Shown here: positions 38,113 through 47,617 of the stretch, piece after piece
Numbering within the stretch: the stretch's first letter is position 1
Layout: every line of letters begins with the position of its first letter
Assembly: GCA_043819075.1 (NCBI GenBank)
Contig: JBDRFE010000002.1
Coordinates: 114 to 64,113, forward strand
Reading direction: 5' to 3'
DNA from: an archaeon
GTDB lineage: Archaea; Iainarchaeota; Iainarchaeia; Iainarchaeales; 1-14-0-10-31-34
DNA: 64,000 nt
The notes under the pieces: model-generated
Databases searched by the model: none
What the model was told of the DNA's origin: nothing
Seen by the model: the letters and a program-made list of their open reading frames with translations, nothing else
Translations under genes and position numbers: made by a program

Positions 38113-39048
38113 ATGCAACCTGCCGACTTTCTAAAAACTAATTATGGCTTGATTCCTAAAAGCCAGCTTAAGGAAATTAAAATTCCAGTTGCACCGAAAG
38201 CCCGGCTCCTTAATTACTTGCCAGATTTGTTTGTTGAAGAAGTTGATGAAAAATCTTCTTATTTAAGCTGTCTTTTTGATGGCAAATACTTTGATATAAA
38301 CAAAGATTTTTTGAGGAAAGATTTGAATAAAATTTATTCAAAATTCGTGTTTGTAAAAGCAAAAGGGGCGGCACCAGTAAAGTTGCCAAAAATCTTGAAC
38401 CCTGAACTAGCTTACTTTATTGGCTATTTTATTGGCGACGGCGGTTTAAAGGATATTAAAAAAACATACGCCAAAACCAAAACATTTGAACATAAAATTA
38501 TTGTTGGCGACGAATTTCTTTTGCAGGCTGAAAGGATTCAAAAACTTTTTTTTGGTTTGTTTGGAGCCGAGTTTCCTATCAGGGATGAAAGAATCAGAAA
38601 AAGAGAAAAACTTTATTATCTGAATCCTACAAACAAAGTCATTTATCGCTTTTTGACGCAGGTTTTTGATATTCCTTCAGGCAAAAAACATGTTTTGTTG
38701 AAAATTCCAAAGTTAATTCTGGCTGCTCCGTTAGAAATTAAGAAGTGGTTTGCACGAGGGGTGTTTGATGCCGATGGTGAAACAAGAGCAGTTGAAAAAG
38801 GATTGAACTCCCAGCCAAGAATAAAGCTTAGAATGAAATCACACAAATTTATACAGTCGATGAAACTGCTTTTGAAGGAAGTTTTTGGGGTCAGCGTGAA
38901 TGGTCCTTATTTTGATTCAAACAAGCAATCAAGTTATATTCAAATAGAAAGACACGGGGATATCAAAAAACTTAATAATGAAACCTTGTTCATTCATCCA
39001 GTAAAACAATGGCGGCTTAATAAAATGGTTTTGCTTATGAAAACATAA
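38113..39048 (+). CDS. Free-standing two-motif LAGLIDADG endonuclease-like protein
   Basis: LAYFIGYFIGDGGL and WFARGVFDADGE motifs. Confidence 0.85.
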   Translation: MQPADFLKTNYGLIPKSQLKEIKIPVAPKARLLNYLPDLFVEEVDEKSSYLSCLFDGKYFDINKDFLRKDLNKIYSKFVFVKAKGAAPVKLPKILNPELAYFIGYFIGDGGLKDIKKTYAKTKTFEHKIIVGDEFLLQAERIQKLFFGLFGAEFPIRDERIRKREKLYYLNPTNKVIYRFLTQVFDIPSGKKHVLLKIPKLILAAPLEIKKWFARGVFDADGETRAVEKGLNSQPRIKLRMKSHKFIQSMKLLLKEVFGVSVNGPYFDSNKQSSYIQIERHGDIKKLNNETLFIHPVKQWRLNKMVLLMKT

Positions 39049-39087
39049 CTTTAAAACATTTCCATAGCCTATTTGATAAATGGTTCT

Positions 39088-39205
39088 GGGGTCGTAGCTC
39101 AGCCTGATATTGTAGAGGAATAATCTTTTTATTGGCTCACAGTAGGCTTTGGAGAGCACACGGCTGAAGACCGTGGTGTCGCGGGTCCAAATCCCGCCGA
39201 CCCCA
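39088..39205 (+). tRNA. tRNA-Phe(GAA) with a 44-nt D-loop intron at 39107-39150
   Basis: Exons GGGGTCGTAGCTCAGCCTG and GGAGAGCACACGGCTGAAGACCGTGG...CGACCCCA; BHB ctc-agcc-TGA-tattgt / acagta-ggct-TTG-gag. Confidence 0.92.
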
Positions 39206-39209
39206 TTTT

Positions 39210-39926
39210 TTATTTCTCTTTCCACAAATAAATTATTCCTAATCCTGTTTCAATCGTTTCCAGTTTTTTGTTTTCTTCTATTATTCCTTTGATTTCTTTT
39301 GGGTTTGCGCAATAATATTCAAATCCACCTTCAATGAAAATGCTTTCTCCGTTTATCCAAGAATTAAAGCCTGCTTTGTTGTAGTATTCTTTAAGTTTTG
39401 GGAGCGACTCTTTTCGGTAAATGCTTACTGCACCATTTCTAGACCACTCAAGCATTTTTTTAAGAATGCTTTCGATATTTTTCTTTCCAACTAATGGCAG
39501 TGTGCAATAGCAAAAAACATAATCAAAATAATTTTTTGGAAGAGAAACCTTTCTCATGTCTGTAACAGCAATTAAAAGCTTTTTTGGATTTTTTCCCGCC
39601 TTTTCATCTAAAAATTGTTTTGAAAAAGAAGAAACACCCCTTAAGACTTCAAATTCTATTCCTTCTTTCTCCAGTTTTTTGCAAGCAATTTTTATCATTT
39701 CTTCTGAGAAGTCCAACGTGAAAACTTTTGCCCCGGCTTTCGCTAATTGAGTTATGTGAAATCCAGAGCCTGTAGCAAAATAAAAAACTTTTTTGCCCGC
39801 TCCGTGTTTCAAGAGATTATTTTCTTTTTCTCTGAGTTCTTTTAGCAAAGGAAATTCGTTTATTCTGCTTTCAAATAAATCGTAAGATTTTGGGTTCTTA
39901 TTGTAAAATTCTTTTATTTTGTTCAT
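39210..39926 (-). CDS. Class I SAM-dependent methyltransferase
   Basis: Degenerate motif I YFATGSG, LDFSEEMI, D...V.LP.NYFDYVF. Confidence 0.75.
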   Translation of the reverse strand: MNKIKEFYNKNPKSYDLFESRINEFPLLKELREKENNLLKHGAGKKVFYFATGSGFHITQLAKAGAKVFTLDFSEEMIKIACKKLEKEGIEFEVLRGVSSFSKQFLDEKAGKNPKKLLIAVTDMRKVSLPKNYFDYVFCYCTLPLVGKKNIESILKKMLEWSRNGAVSIYRKESLPKLKEYYNKAGFNSWINGESIFIEGGFEYYCANPKEIKGIIEENKKLETIETGLGIIYLWKEK

Positions 39927-39987
39927 TTACATAACTTGTTTCCACATTTTCTTTTTAAATTCTTCCCAGCATATTTTGAATGGTTTT

Positions 39988-41286
39988 ATGAGTTCAGTTT
40001 TTGTTATTGGCGCGCAGTTCGGGGATGAAGGAAAAGGAAAATTAGTTGACTGTTTGGCTGAAAAATCTGATTGTGTTGTTAGATTCCAAGGAGGAAACAA
40101 CGCAGGCCACACTGTTGTGGTAAACGAAAACATTTTCAAGCTGCATTTGCTTCCTTCTGGAGTGATAAGGAATAAGCGTTCTTTGATTGGAGCAGGAGTT
40201 TCATTGGATCCAAGAGTGTTAAAAGAAGAAATTAATGAACTCAAAGAAAAAGGAATTGAAGTGAATTTAGGCATTGACCCGCGATGCCAGATAATAATGC
40301 CTTGGCATAACATAATTGACATTGGCAAAGAAGAAGCTTTGAAAGAAAAAAACATTGGCACCACGAGAAGAGGGGTTGGCCCTTGTTATGCTGACCGTGC
40401 TTCAAGAATCGGAATAAGGTTTGATGACTTGATTGACGAGAAAAGGCTGAAAGAAAAACTGTCTTTTAACTTTTTTTATTACCAGGAATTATGCGAGCTT
40501 GTTCTTGGAAAAAAATTTGATTTTACTGTAGAAGAAGTGTTTGAAGAATACTCTGTTCTTGGAGCTGAATTCGAAAAATTCCTGTCTGATGTTTCAATTG
40601 AAGTAAATTTGCTTTTAGACAAAAAAAAGAAGGTTTTGTTTGAGGGTGCACAGGGAACAATGCTTGACAATGATTTTGGCACTTATCCTTTTGTCACTTC
40701 ATCCCATCCAATGTCTGGTGCAGCAACAATTGGTGTAGGAATTTCTCCTAAAAAAATTGAGTATGTTGTTGGTGTAGTAAAAGCTTATACTACTAGGGTT
40801 GGTTCTGGCCCTTTTCCAACTGAATTGTTTGAAGATGAAGCAGATTTTTTGAGAAACGCGGGAAATGAGTTCGGAACAACGACCGGAAGGGCAAGGCGTG
40901 TTGGCTGGCTTGATTTGCCTATGCTGCGTTTGTCTCACAGGCTGAACGGTTTTGATGAAATTGCAATAACAAAGTTAGATGTTTTAAGCGGGTTGAAAAC
41001 TCTTTTGGTTGCAGAATCTTATTCAATTGACGGGAAAAAAGTCTTTGAATTTCCTTATGCAAATCATTTGGTTGAAAAAGCAGAGCCAAATTACACTGAA
41101 TTAAAAGGCTTTACTTTTGAAGAAAAGGAAAGGGAAAAATTAAGGAAAAACGGTTTTACCGCAATGCCATCTAATGCAAAAAAATACTTATCTTTTATTG
41201 AAAAACAGCTGAAAGTGCCGGTTAAAACAGTTTCTTTTGGAGCAGAAAGAAATGATACTGTAACAAAAGGAAAATTACTCTGCTAA
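39988..41286 (+). CDS. purA: Adenylosuccinate synthetase
   Basis: GAQFGDEGKGK, GGNNAGHT, IGTT.RGVGP, FEGAQG, GTTTGRARRVGW. Confidence 0.97.
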   Translation: MSSVFVIGAQFGDEGKGKLVDCLAEKSDCVVRFQGGNNAGHTVVVNENIFKLHLLPSGVIRNKRSLIGAGVSLDPRVLKEEINELKEKGIEVNLGIDPRCQIIMPWHNIIDIGKEEALKEKNIGTTRRGVGPCYADRASRIGIRFDDLIDEKRLKEKLSFNFFYYQELCELVLGKKFDFTVEEVFEEYSVLGAEFEKFLSDVSIEVNLLLDKKKKVLFEGAQGTMLDNDFGTYPFVTSSHPMSGAATIGVGISPKKIEYVVGVVKAYTTRVGSGPFPTELFEDEADFLRNAGNEFGTTTGRARRVGWLDLPMLRLSHRLNGFDEIAITKLDVLSGLKTLLVAESYSIDGKKVFEFPYANHLVEKAEPNYTELKGFTFEEKEREKLRKNGFTAMPSNAKKYLSFIEKQLKVPVKTVSFGAERNDTVTKGKLLC

Positions 41287-42610
41287 TTCAGCCGCTTTTC
41301 CAAGATAATTTTCAGGCTTTAGTTTCATTAGCTTGTTTTTTTCTTTTTCGCTTAAAGAGCTTTTTTTGATGAATTCTTTCAGTTCATCCAAAGTTAATTT
41401 TTTCCCTCTTGAAAACTCTTTTAATTCTTCGTAAGCTTTTTTGTTTCCTTCTTTTCTCATTACAGTCTGAATTGCTTCAGTTAATACTTCTGGATGAGTT
41501 TTTAATTCTTCAAGCATTTTTTCTTTGCTTGTTTGGGTTCTTTCAAGGCCTTTAATGCACATTTTTATTCCAAGCAATGAATGTCCAAAAGCCGTTCCAT
41601 AATTTCTTTTAATTGTTGAATCGCTTAAATCTCTCTGCATTCTGGTTTTCTGCAGCCTTGAACTCAGAAAAACAAGCAAATTGTTTGCAAGCAATAAGTT
41701 GCCTTCACTGTTTTCAAACTGAATCGGATTAATTTTGTGCGGCATAATTGAACTGCCTGTTTCACTTGCCATTTTTTTCTGTGAAAGGTATTCTTTGCTG
41801 ATGTAAAACCATAAATCAGTGTCAAGGTTGATTACAATATTGTTGAGCAAAACCATTTCATTGAATATTCGTGAAATGCTGTCATGCGGAATAATCTGTG
41901 TTGTCAGTTTCTTTGATTCAAACCCAAGGCTTGAAACAAACTCTTTGCTTAATTTAATCCAGTTTTTTTCAGGGAAAGCAGAATGCATTGAATTAAAGTT
42001 TCCTACAGCAGAATTAAGTTTTCCCGGCAACCTCATTTTTTTTTAATACCAATAAACTTTCCTCTATTCTTGAACCAAAAACTGCAATCTCTTTCCCAAA
42101 GGTTGTCGGTGATGCAGGCTGGCCGTGTGTATGGCTTAACATTGCGGTGTTTTTTTCTTTGTGGGAAATTTCTTTGAGTTTTTTTAGCAGCAAAAAACAA
42201 CCAGTTATGTATAACTCTAATCCTTTTTCTATTTGTTTCGAGTTCGCCAGATTATTTATGTCTTCTGATGTTAACCCGAAATGAACAAAGCTTTCAGCGT
42301 TTTTCAGAGAATTTTTCTGCATTTTTTTTCTTATAAAATATTCTATTGCTTTGACATCGTGGTTTGTCGTTTTTTCTGTTGCTTTTATTTCTTTGAAGTC
42401 TTTTTCACTGAATTTTTTGTAAATGTTTTCCAAAAAAGTTTTTTCTTTTTCACTGAACTTTCTCGCAATCCCTTTTTTTGACAAAAACAACAGGTATTTT
42501 ATTTCAATTTCTGCCCTGAATTTTTGCAGTGCGTATTCAGAGAAAATTTCCTTTAATTCTTTTGTCAAATCTGCATATCTTCCGTCTAAAGGGGAAATTG
42601 CTTTTTTCAT
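41275..42610 (-). pseudogene. purB: Adenylosuccinate lyase split by a frameshift at an A9 run (42036-42044)
   Basis: N-part SPLDGRY, HDVKA, HFGLTSEDIN, THGQPA.PTT.GKE; C-part GSSIMPHKINP..FENSEGN, QRDLSDS. Removing one A joins the two frames. Confidence 0.85.
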
Positions 42611-42716
42611 AAATATTTATAGTTTGAATTGTTTTTATTGTTATTGTTTTTTTGTTTTACCTTTCAGTTTGATTTAAATTCTTTTAAGTCTTTGAATATA
42701 TTATTGGTTTGTTTTT

Positions 42717-44138
42717 ATGTGCGGGATTATCGGAATCATCTCCAAGCAGGACGTTCTTTCTGACGTATTCATCGGAATGCTTTCCTTACAGCACCGCGGC
42801 CAGGATTCTGCGGGAATACTTTCTTTTGACAAAAAAATGAAGTTAATCAAAAAAGAAGGCCTTGTTGGAAGCATTTTCACTGAAAAAGAATTAGCTGAAT
42901 TAAAAGCTAACACAGCAATCGGGCACACAAGGTATCCTACTATTGGCTCAGATTTTTCTTCTGATGCACAGCCTTTCATGGTTTCAAAGCCTTTTGAAAT
43001 AGGCATGGCGCATAACGGCAACATAACAAATTATTTTGACTTAAAAAAAGAGTTAAACACTAAAACGCATTGTGTTTTGTCTTCATGTGATGTTGAAGTT
43101 GTTTTGAATGTTTTTGCCCAGTCTTTGCCTGAAAAATTTTCTGTTGAAGCATTGTTTGATGCAGTCAAAAAAGTTTTTGGCAAAGTAAAAGGTTCGTATT
43201 CTGTTGTTGTATTGATAAAAGACAAAGGCTTGCTCGCCTTCCGTGACCCTCATGCAATAAGGCCTCTAATAATGGCAGAAAAAGAGGTTAATGGAATAAA
43301 ATCTGTTGGTTTTGCTTCTGAAAGCCTTTCTTTGACTTCAACCGGCTATAAATTAATCAGGGACATTAATGCAGGAGAAGCAGTGTTTGTTGATTCAAAC
43401 CTTAACATTGTTTCAAAAATTTTAGCAAATGAAAAACCTTCGCATTGTATGTTTGAATGGGTTTATTTTTCCGGTGCAGAATCAATTATTGACAATTTAG
43501 AGGTTTATACTGCAAGAATTAATTTAGGAAAAGAATTAGCTGAAGCATGGAAGAAAACCGGCTTGAAAGCAGATGTTGTTATCCCTGTTCCTGACACAAG
43601 CAGGACAGCTGCCTCAAAGTTAGCTGAAGAAATTAATATTCCTTATCGTGAAGGATTAATAAAAAACAGGTACATTGGAAGGACTTTTATTATGGCTTCA
43701 CAGGAAAAAAGAGAGAATGGAGTAAGGTTAAAACTTAATCCAGTGCAAAGTGAAATAAACGGAAAAAACATTATTCTTGTTGATGACAGTATTGTTCGTG
43801 GCACTACTTCAAAAAAAATCGTCAAGCTATTGAAAGACAATGGGGCAAAAAAAGTTTTCTTTCTTTCAACTTGCCCGCCGATTATTTCGCCATGTTTTTA
43901 TGGGGTTGACATGCCTTCAAAAAAAGAACTGATTGCTTCAAGGCTGTCAGTCGAGGAAATCAGAAAAGAAATTAACGCTGACTTTTTGCTTTACAATTCA
44001 ATTGATTCCTTGAAAAAAGCCTTGGAAAGGAATGACTTGTGCATGGCGTGCCTTACAGGAAATTATCCGGTTCCAATTCCAAAGCAAACTGAAGACGAGT
44101 TTGAGAAAACAAGAAAAAAAGAGCAGGAAAAGCATTAA
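42717..44138 (+). CDS. purF: Amidophosphoribosyltransferase
   Basis: MCGIIG, LQHRGQD, GHTRY, VDDSIVRGTT, Fe-S Cys (CMFE, PCFYG, CMAC). Confidence 0.97.
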   Translation: MCGIIGIISKQDVLSDVFIGMLSLQHRGQDSAGILSFDKKMKLIKKEGLVGSIFTEKELAELKANTAIGHTRYPTIGSDFSSDAQPFMVSKPFEIGMAHNGNITNYFDLKKELNTKTHCVLSSCDVEVVLNVFAQSLPEKFSVEALFDAVKKVFGKVKGSYSVVVLIKDKGLLAFRDPHAIRPLIMAEKEVNGIKSVGFASESLSLTSTGYKLIRDINAGEAVFVDSNLNIVSKILANEKPSHCMFEWVYFSGAESIIDNLEVYTARINLGKELAEAWKKTGLKADVVIPVPDTSRTAASKLAEEINIPYREGLIKNRYIGRTFIMASQEKRENGVRLKLNPVQSEINGKNIILVDDSIVRGTTSKKIVKLLKDNGAKKVFFLSTCPPIISPCFYGVDMPSKKELIASRLSVEEIRKEINADFLLYNSIDSLKKALERNDLCMACLTGNYPVPIPKQTEDEFEKTRKKEQEKH

Positions 44139-44148
44139 AGAGGTGCTT

Positions 44149-45117
44149 GTGTTGGGTTCAGTAAAAGATTTAACTGTATTAAAAAAGGCTTCGGAAAAAA
44201 ATTTTGGTGAAGGAATTTTTTCTTTTACCGATGATTACAGCGTGTTTGATTTTGGCAAAATGCCTCAGACAATTCCAGGCAAAGGCGAGTCATTGTGCAG
44301 GATGGCTGTATATAATTTTGAAAAAATAGCTGAAGCAGGAATTAACACTCATTTTGGGGACTTTGTTTCTCCAAACAAAATGAAAGTTAAATTAGTCCAA
44401 GTTATTTTTCCACAGGAAAGAAAGTTAACTGAAAAAGACTCTAATTATTTGATTCCATTGGAAGTTGTTTTTCGTAACATGCTTCCGGAAGGAAGCTCTT
44501 TGCTTGCAAGATTCAGGGAAGGAAAAGCAAAGCCGTCTGATTACGGATTGAAAAGCATTCCTCCGGCAAACACTTTTTTTGAAAAACCTTTAATTGAATT
44601 TTTTACAAAGCTTGAGCCTGTTGACAGATTACTTTCAGAAACAGAAGCAAAAACAATGAGTGCTTTAACTGAAAACCAGTTAAATGAAATAAAGTCAATT
44701 GCCTTGAAAGTGAATTCTTTTTTAAACAAAAAAGCTTTTTCTCTTGGTTTAGTGCATGCTGATGGAAAAATTGAATTAGCTTTTTCTCCTGAAAGAAAAT
44801 TAATTTTAGTTGATGTTTTTGGCACTTTAGATGAAAACCGTTTTTTGTTTAATGGAGTTCATGCAAGCAAGCAGATTGCAAGAGACTATTATTTGACAAC
44901 TGACTGGGGTAAAGAGCTTTCTGAAGCAAAAAAATCAGGCAAGCCAAAAGAAGACTGGCCTGTGCCGCCTGATTTGCCTTCAAAGCTTTTGGAATTGATT
45001 TCAGAAATTTATTCTGCTACAGCACAGGAATGGATTAATGAAAAATTCGCTTCTGCCAGGCCGTTAAAAAAAGTTATTGTTGAATACAAAGAATTAAAGG
45101 AAAAAAACAAGTGGTAA
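44149..45117 (+). CDS. purC: SAICAR synthetase (long archaeal type)
   Basis: GSVKD, F.FTDDYSVFD.G, GKGE.LC, IPLEVVFRN, TKLE..DR, HADGK.E, DVFGT.DE.RF. Confidence 0.92.
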   Translation: MLGSVKDLTVLKKASEKNFGEGIFSFTDDYSVFDFGKMPQTIPGKGESLCRMAVYNFEKIAEAGINTHFGDFVSPNKMKVKLVQVIFPQERKLTEKDSNYLIPLEVVFRNMLPEGSSLLARFREGKAKPSDYGLKSIPPANTFFEKPLIEFFTKLEPVDRLLSETEAKTMSALTENQLNEIKSIALKVNSFLNKKAFSLGLVHADGKIELAFSPERKLILVDVFGTLDENRFLFNGVHASKQIARDYYLTTDWGKELSEAKKSGKPKEDWPVPPDLPSKLLELISEIYSATAQEWINEKFASARPLKKVIVEYKELKEKNKW

Positions 45118-45132
45118 ACCTTTTTTTTTGTT

Positions 45133-45555
45133 TCATTTTTTTGGCCTTATAATGCTTGTTCTTTTAGGTTGGTTCAGCCTGATGTGTTCCTTTCTTCCAA
45201 GGGGTTTTGGTTTGGATTTTTTTTTGTATTTAAACGGTTTGGTTCTGCGGTCTCTCATGAATACACTGACAATTTTTTGCCTGCCAGACACTGTTTTCTT
45301 TTTGCCAGCCACTTTTACCCTGTAGCCTGCAGGAGCCTCAATGTACTGGATTCCTTTAACAAGCACTCTCCTGCCTATAGTGCCTTTTTTCACGCCTTCT
45401 TGAAAGCGTTTAAAAGGAATTTCAAAAACTTTTTTTCCCGCTGTTTTTCTTTTTGATTTAGGAGGGTTAACCCTTCTTTCAATGTGCTGTTTTGGGTCAA
45501 ACACAGAATGCTTTCGCGAGTTAAACGCAATTTTTTTGGGTTTTCTCATAATCAA
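45133..45555 (-). CDS. Hypothetical extremely basic protein
   Basis: 140 aa K/R-rich ORF on the opposite strand inside the pur cluster. Confidence 0.55.
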   Translation of the reverse strand: MIMRKPKKIAFNSRKHSVFDPKQHIERRVNPPKSKRKTAGKKVFEIPFKRFQEGVKKGTIGRRVLVKGIQYIEAPAGYRVKVAGKKKTVSGRQKIVSVFMRDRRTKPFKYKKKSKPKPLGRKEHIRLNQPKRTSIIRPKK

Positions 45556-45616
45556 ATTAAGGGATTAGCTTTATTTAATCTATTGCATTTTATTTATATT
45601 ATTGTTTGGTGTTTTG

Positions 45617-45997
45617 ATGAAAGTTGCAATTGTAATGGGTTCAGAGTCGGATAAGCCAATAGCGGAAAAAGCTGAAAAAGTTTTAAAAGAAAACAAGATT
45701 CCATTTGAATCTTTTGTTGCTTCAGCTCACAGAAACCCGGAAAAAGTAAAAGAAATTGCTTCAAAAGATTTTGATGTCTTTATTGCTATTGCTGGCTTGA
45801 GTGCTGCATTGCCTGGAGTAATTGCTTCGCATACAAAAAAGCCTGTGATAGGCGTTCCAGTTTCATCCAAGTTAGGCGGATTGGATGCATTATTGGCTAT
45901 TGCCCAGATGCCTAAAGGCGTTCCAGTTGCATGTGTTGGAATAGATAACGGAGAAAACGCTGCCTGGCTTGCAATCCGAATCCTTCAATCAAAATAA
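45617..45997 (+). CDS. purE: AIR carboxylase / N5-CAIR mutase
   Basis: [31 protein letters not shown]. Confidence 0.95.
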   Translation: MKVAIVMGSESDKPIAEKAEKVLKENKIPFESFVASAHRNPEKVKEIASKDFDVFIAIAGLSAALPGVIASHTKKPVIGVPVSSKLGGLDALLAIAQMPKGVPVACVGIDNGENAAWLAIRILQSK

Positions 45998-46087
45998 TTA
46001 AAATAACCTTCTTCTATTATTATTTATGTTGCAGGAAATTAAGCCAGTTTTATCTGATTCTTTTTTTAGTTTCTTCGGGGTGTTTAA

Positions 46088-47617
46088 TTGATTGCAGTAA
46101 TTAATTTTGGTGGCCAGTACTGCCATTTAATTGCAAGAAAAATAAGGGAATTAGGCGTTAAAGCAGAAGTTTTTCCTAACACTATTACCGCAGAAGAACT
46201 TGTTTCAATTAAGCCTGCCGGAATAATCCTTTCAGGCGGGCCTTCAAGCGTTAACCAATCTAATGCCCCGAAAATGGATAAAAAAATTCTTGAATTAAAT
46301 ATTCCTGTTTTAGGAATCTGTTATGGGTTGCAGTTAATTGCTGTTTTTTTAGGCGGAAAGGTAAAGCCAGGCCAAACAAGAGAATACGGAAAAAACATTA
46401 TTTTAGTTAAAGGAAATGACCCTTTGCTTAAAGGCTTGAAAAAAGAGCAGGTGTGGCTGTCGCATTTTGATATAGTTGAAAAAATTCCTGAAGGATTCAA
46501 AATTTCTTCTTCAACTAAAACCTGCCCTGTTTCTTCAATGTTTTCTTCTTCAAAAAAATTTTTTGGATTACAGTTCCATCCTGAAGTGCATCACACCCCG
46601 AAAGGAAAAAAAATCCTGTCAAATTTCTTGAAACAATGCAAGGCAAAAAAAGACTGGAAAATCAGTTCTGTGATAAAAGAAGTTGAAAGCCAGATTAAGG
46701 CTAAAGCAGGAAAAGAGAAAGTGATTATGGGTGTTTCAGGCGGAGTCGATTCTTTGGTTGCATCAGCTTTGTTGCATAAAACAATTCCAGGGCAGTTGTT
46801 TTGTGTTTTTGTTGACAATGGCTTGATGAGGAAAAACGAAAAGCAGTACATTGAATCCTTGTATAAGAAAATGGGTTTCAGGCATTTTTTTGCAGTTGAT
46901 GCATCAAAAGAATTTGTTTCTGCTTTGAAAGGAGTTTCTGATCCGGAAGAAAAAAGAAAAATTATCGGCCACACGTTTATTTCTGTTTTTGAGACAAAAG
47001 CAAAAGAATTAGAGCAGTCTTTTGGAAAAATTTCTTTTTTAGGCCAGGGAACAATTTACCCTGACAGGATTGAGTCAGCTGAACCATCTAAAACTGCTTC
47101 AAAAATTAAATCCCACCATAATTTGTCTTTGCCTGAAACAATGAAGTTAAGTTTGATTGAGCCTTTAAGGGAATTCTATAAAGACGAAGTAAGGCAGATT
47201 GGAAGAACGCTTAAAATTCCTTTAGAGTTTCTTGACAGGCATCCTTTTCCAGGCCCTGGCCTTGGAGTAAGGATTTTAGGCGAGGTATCAGAAGAAAAAC
47301 TTGTTATTTTAAGGCAGGTTGATTTTATTTTTATTGAAGAATTAAAGAAAAACAATTTTTACAACAAAACCTGGCAGGCGTTTGCAGTGTTATTTCCAAT
47401 TAAGGCAGTCGGCGTCAAAGGAGATGAAAGAAGTTATTCGTATGTTGTCTGCCTGCGTGCAGTTAATTCAGTTGACGGAATGACAGCTGACTGGACTAAA
47501 ATCCCGAATGATTTGCTGGAAAAAATTTCTTCAAGGATTTTGAATGAAGTGCCTGAAGTTGGAAGGGTTTTGTATGACATTTCCCAGAAGCCGCCTGCAA
47601 CAATTGAATTTGAGTGA
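46088..47617 (+). CDS. guaA: GMP synthase (fused GATase and synthase)
   Basis: GICYG.Q, QFHPEV, SGGVDS, QGTIYPD, IKSHHN, HPFPGPGL, KPPATIE. Confidence 0.97.
   Translation: MIAVINFGGQYCHLIARKIRELGVKAEVFPNTITAEELVSIKPAGIILSGGPSSVNQSNAPKMDKKILELNIPVLGICYGLQLIAVFLGGKVKPGQTREYGKNIILVKGNDPLLKGLKKEQVWLSHFDIVEKIPEGFKISSSTKTCPVSSMFSSSKKFFGLQFHPEVHHTPKGKKILSNFLKQCKAKKDWKISSVIKEVESQIKAKAGKEKVIMGVSGGVDSLVASALLHKTIPGQLFCVFVDNGLMRKNEKQYIESLYKKMGFRHFFAVDASKEFVSALKGVSDPEEKRKIIGHTFISVFETKAKELEQSFGKISFLGQGTIYPDRIESAEPSKTASKIKSHHNLSLPETMKLSLIEPLREFYKDEVRQIGRTLKIPLEFLDRHPFPGPGLGVRILGEVSEEKLVILRQVDFIFIEELKKNNFYNKTWQAFAVLFPIKAVGVKGDERSYSYVVCLRAVNSVDGMTADWTKIPNDLLEKISSRILNEVPEVGRVLYDISQKPPATIEFE

Noticed and set aside
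38929..39225. 98 aa minus-strand ORF
   Set aside because: Antisense translation of tRNA-Phe
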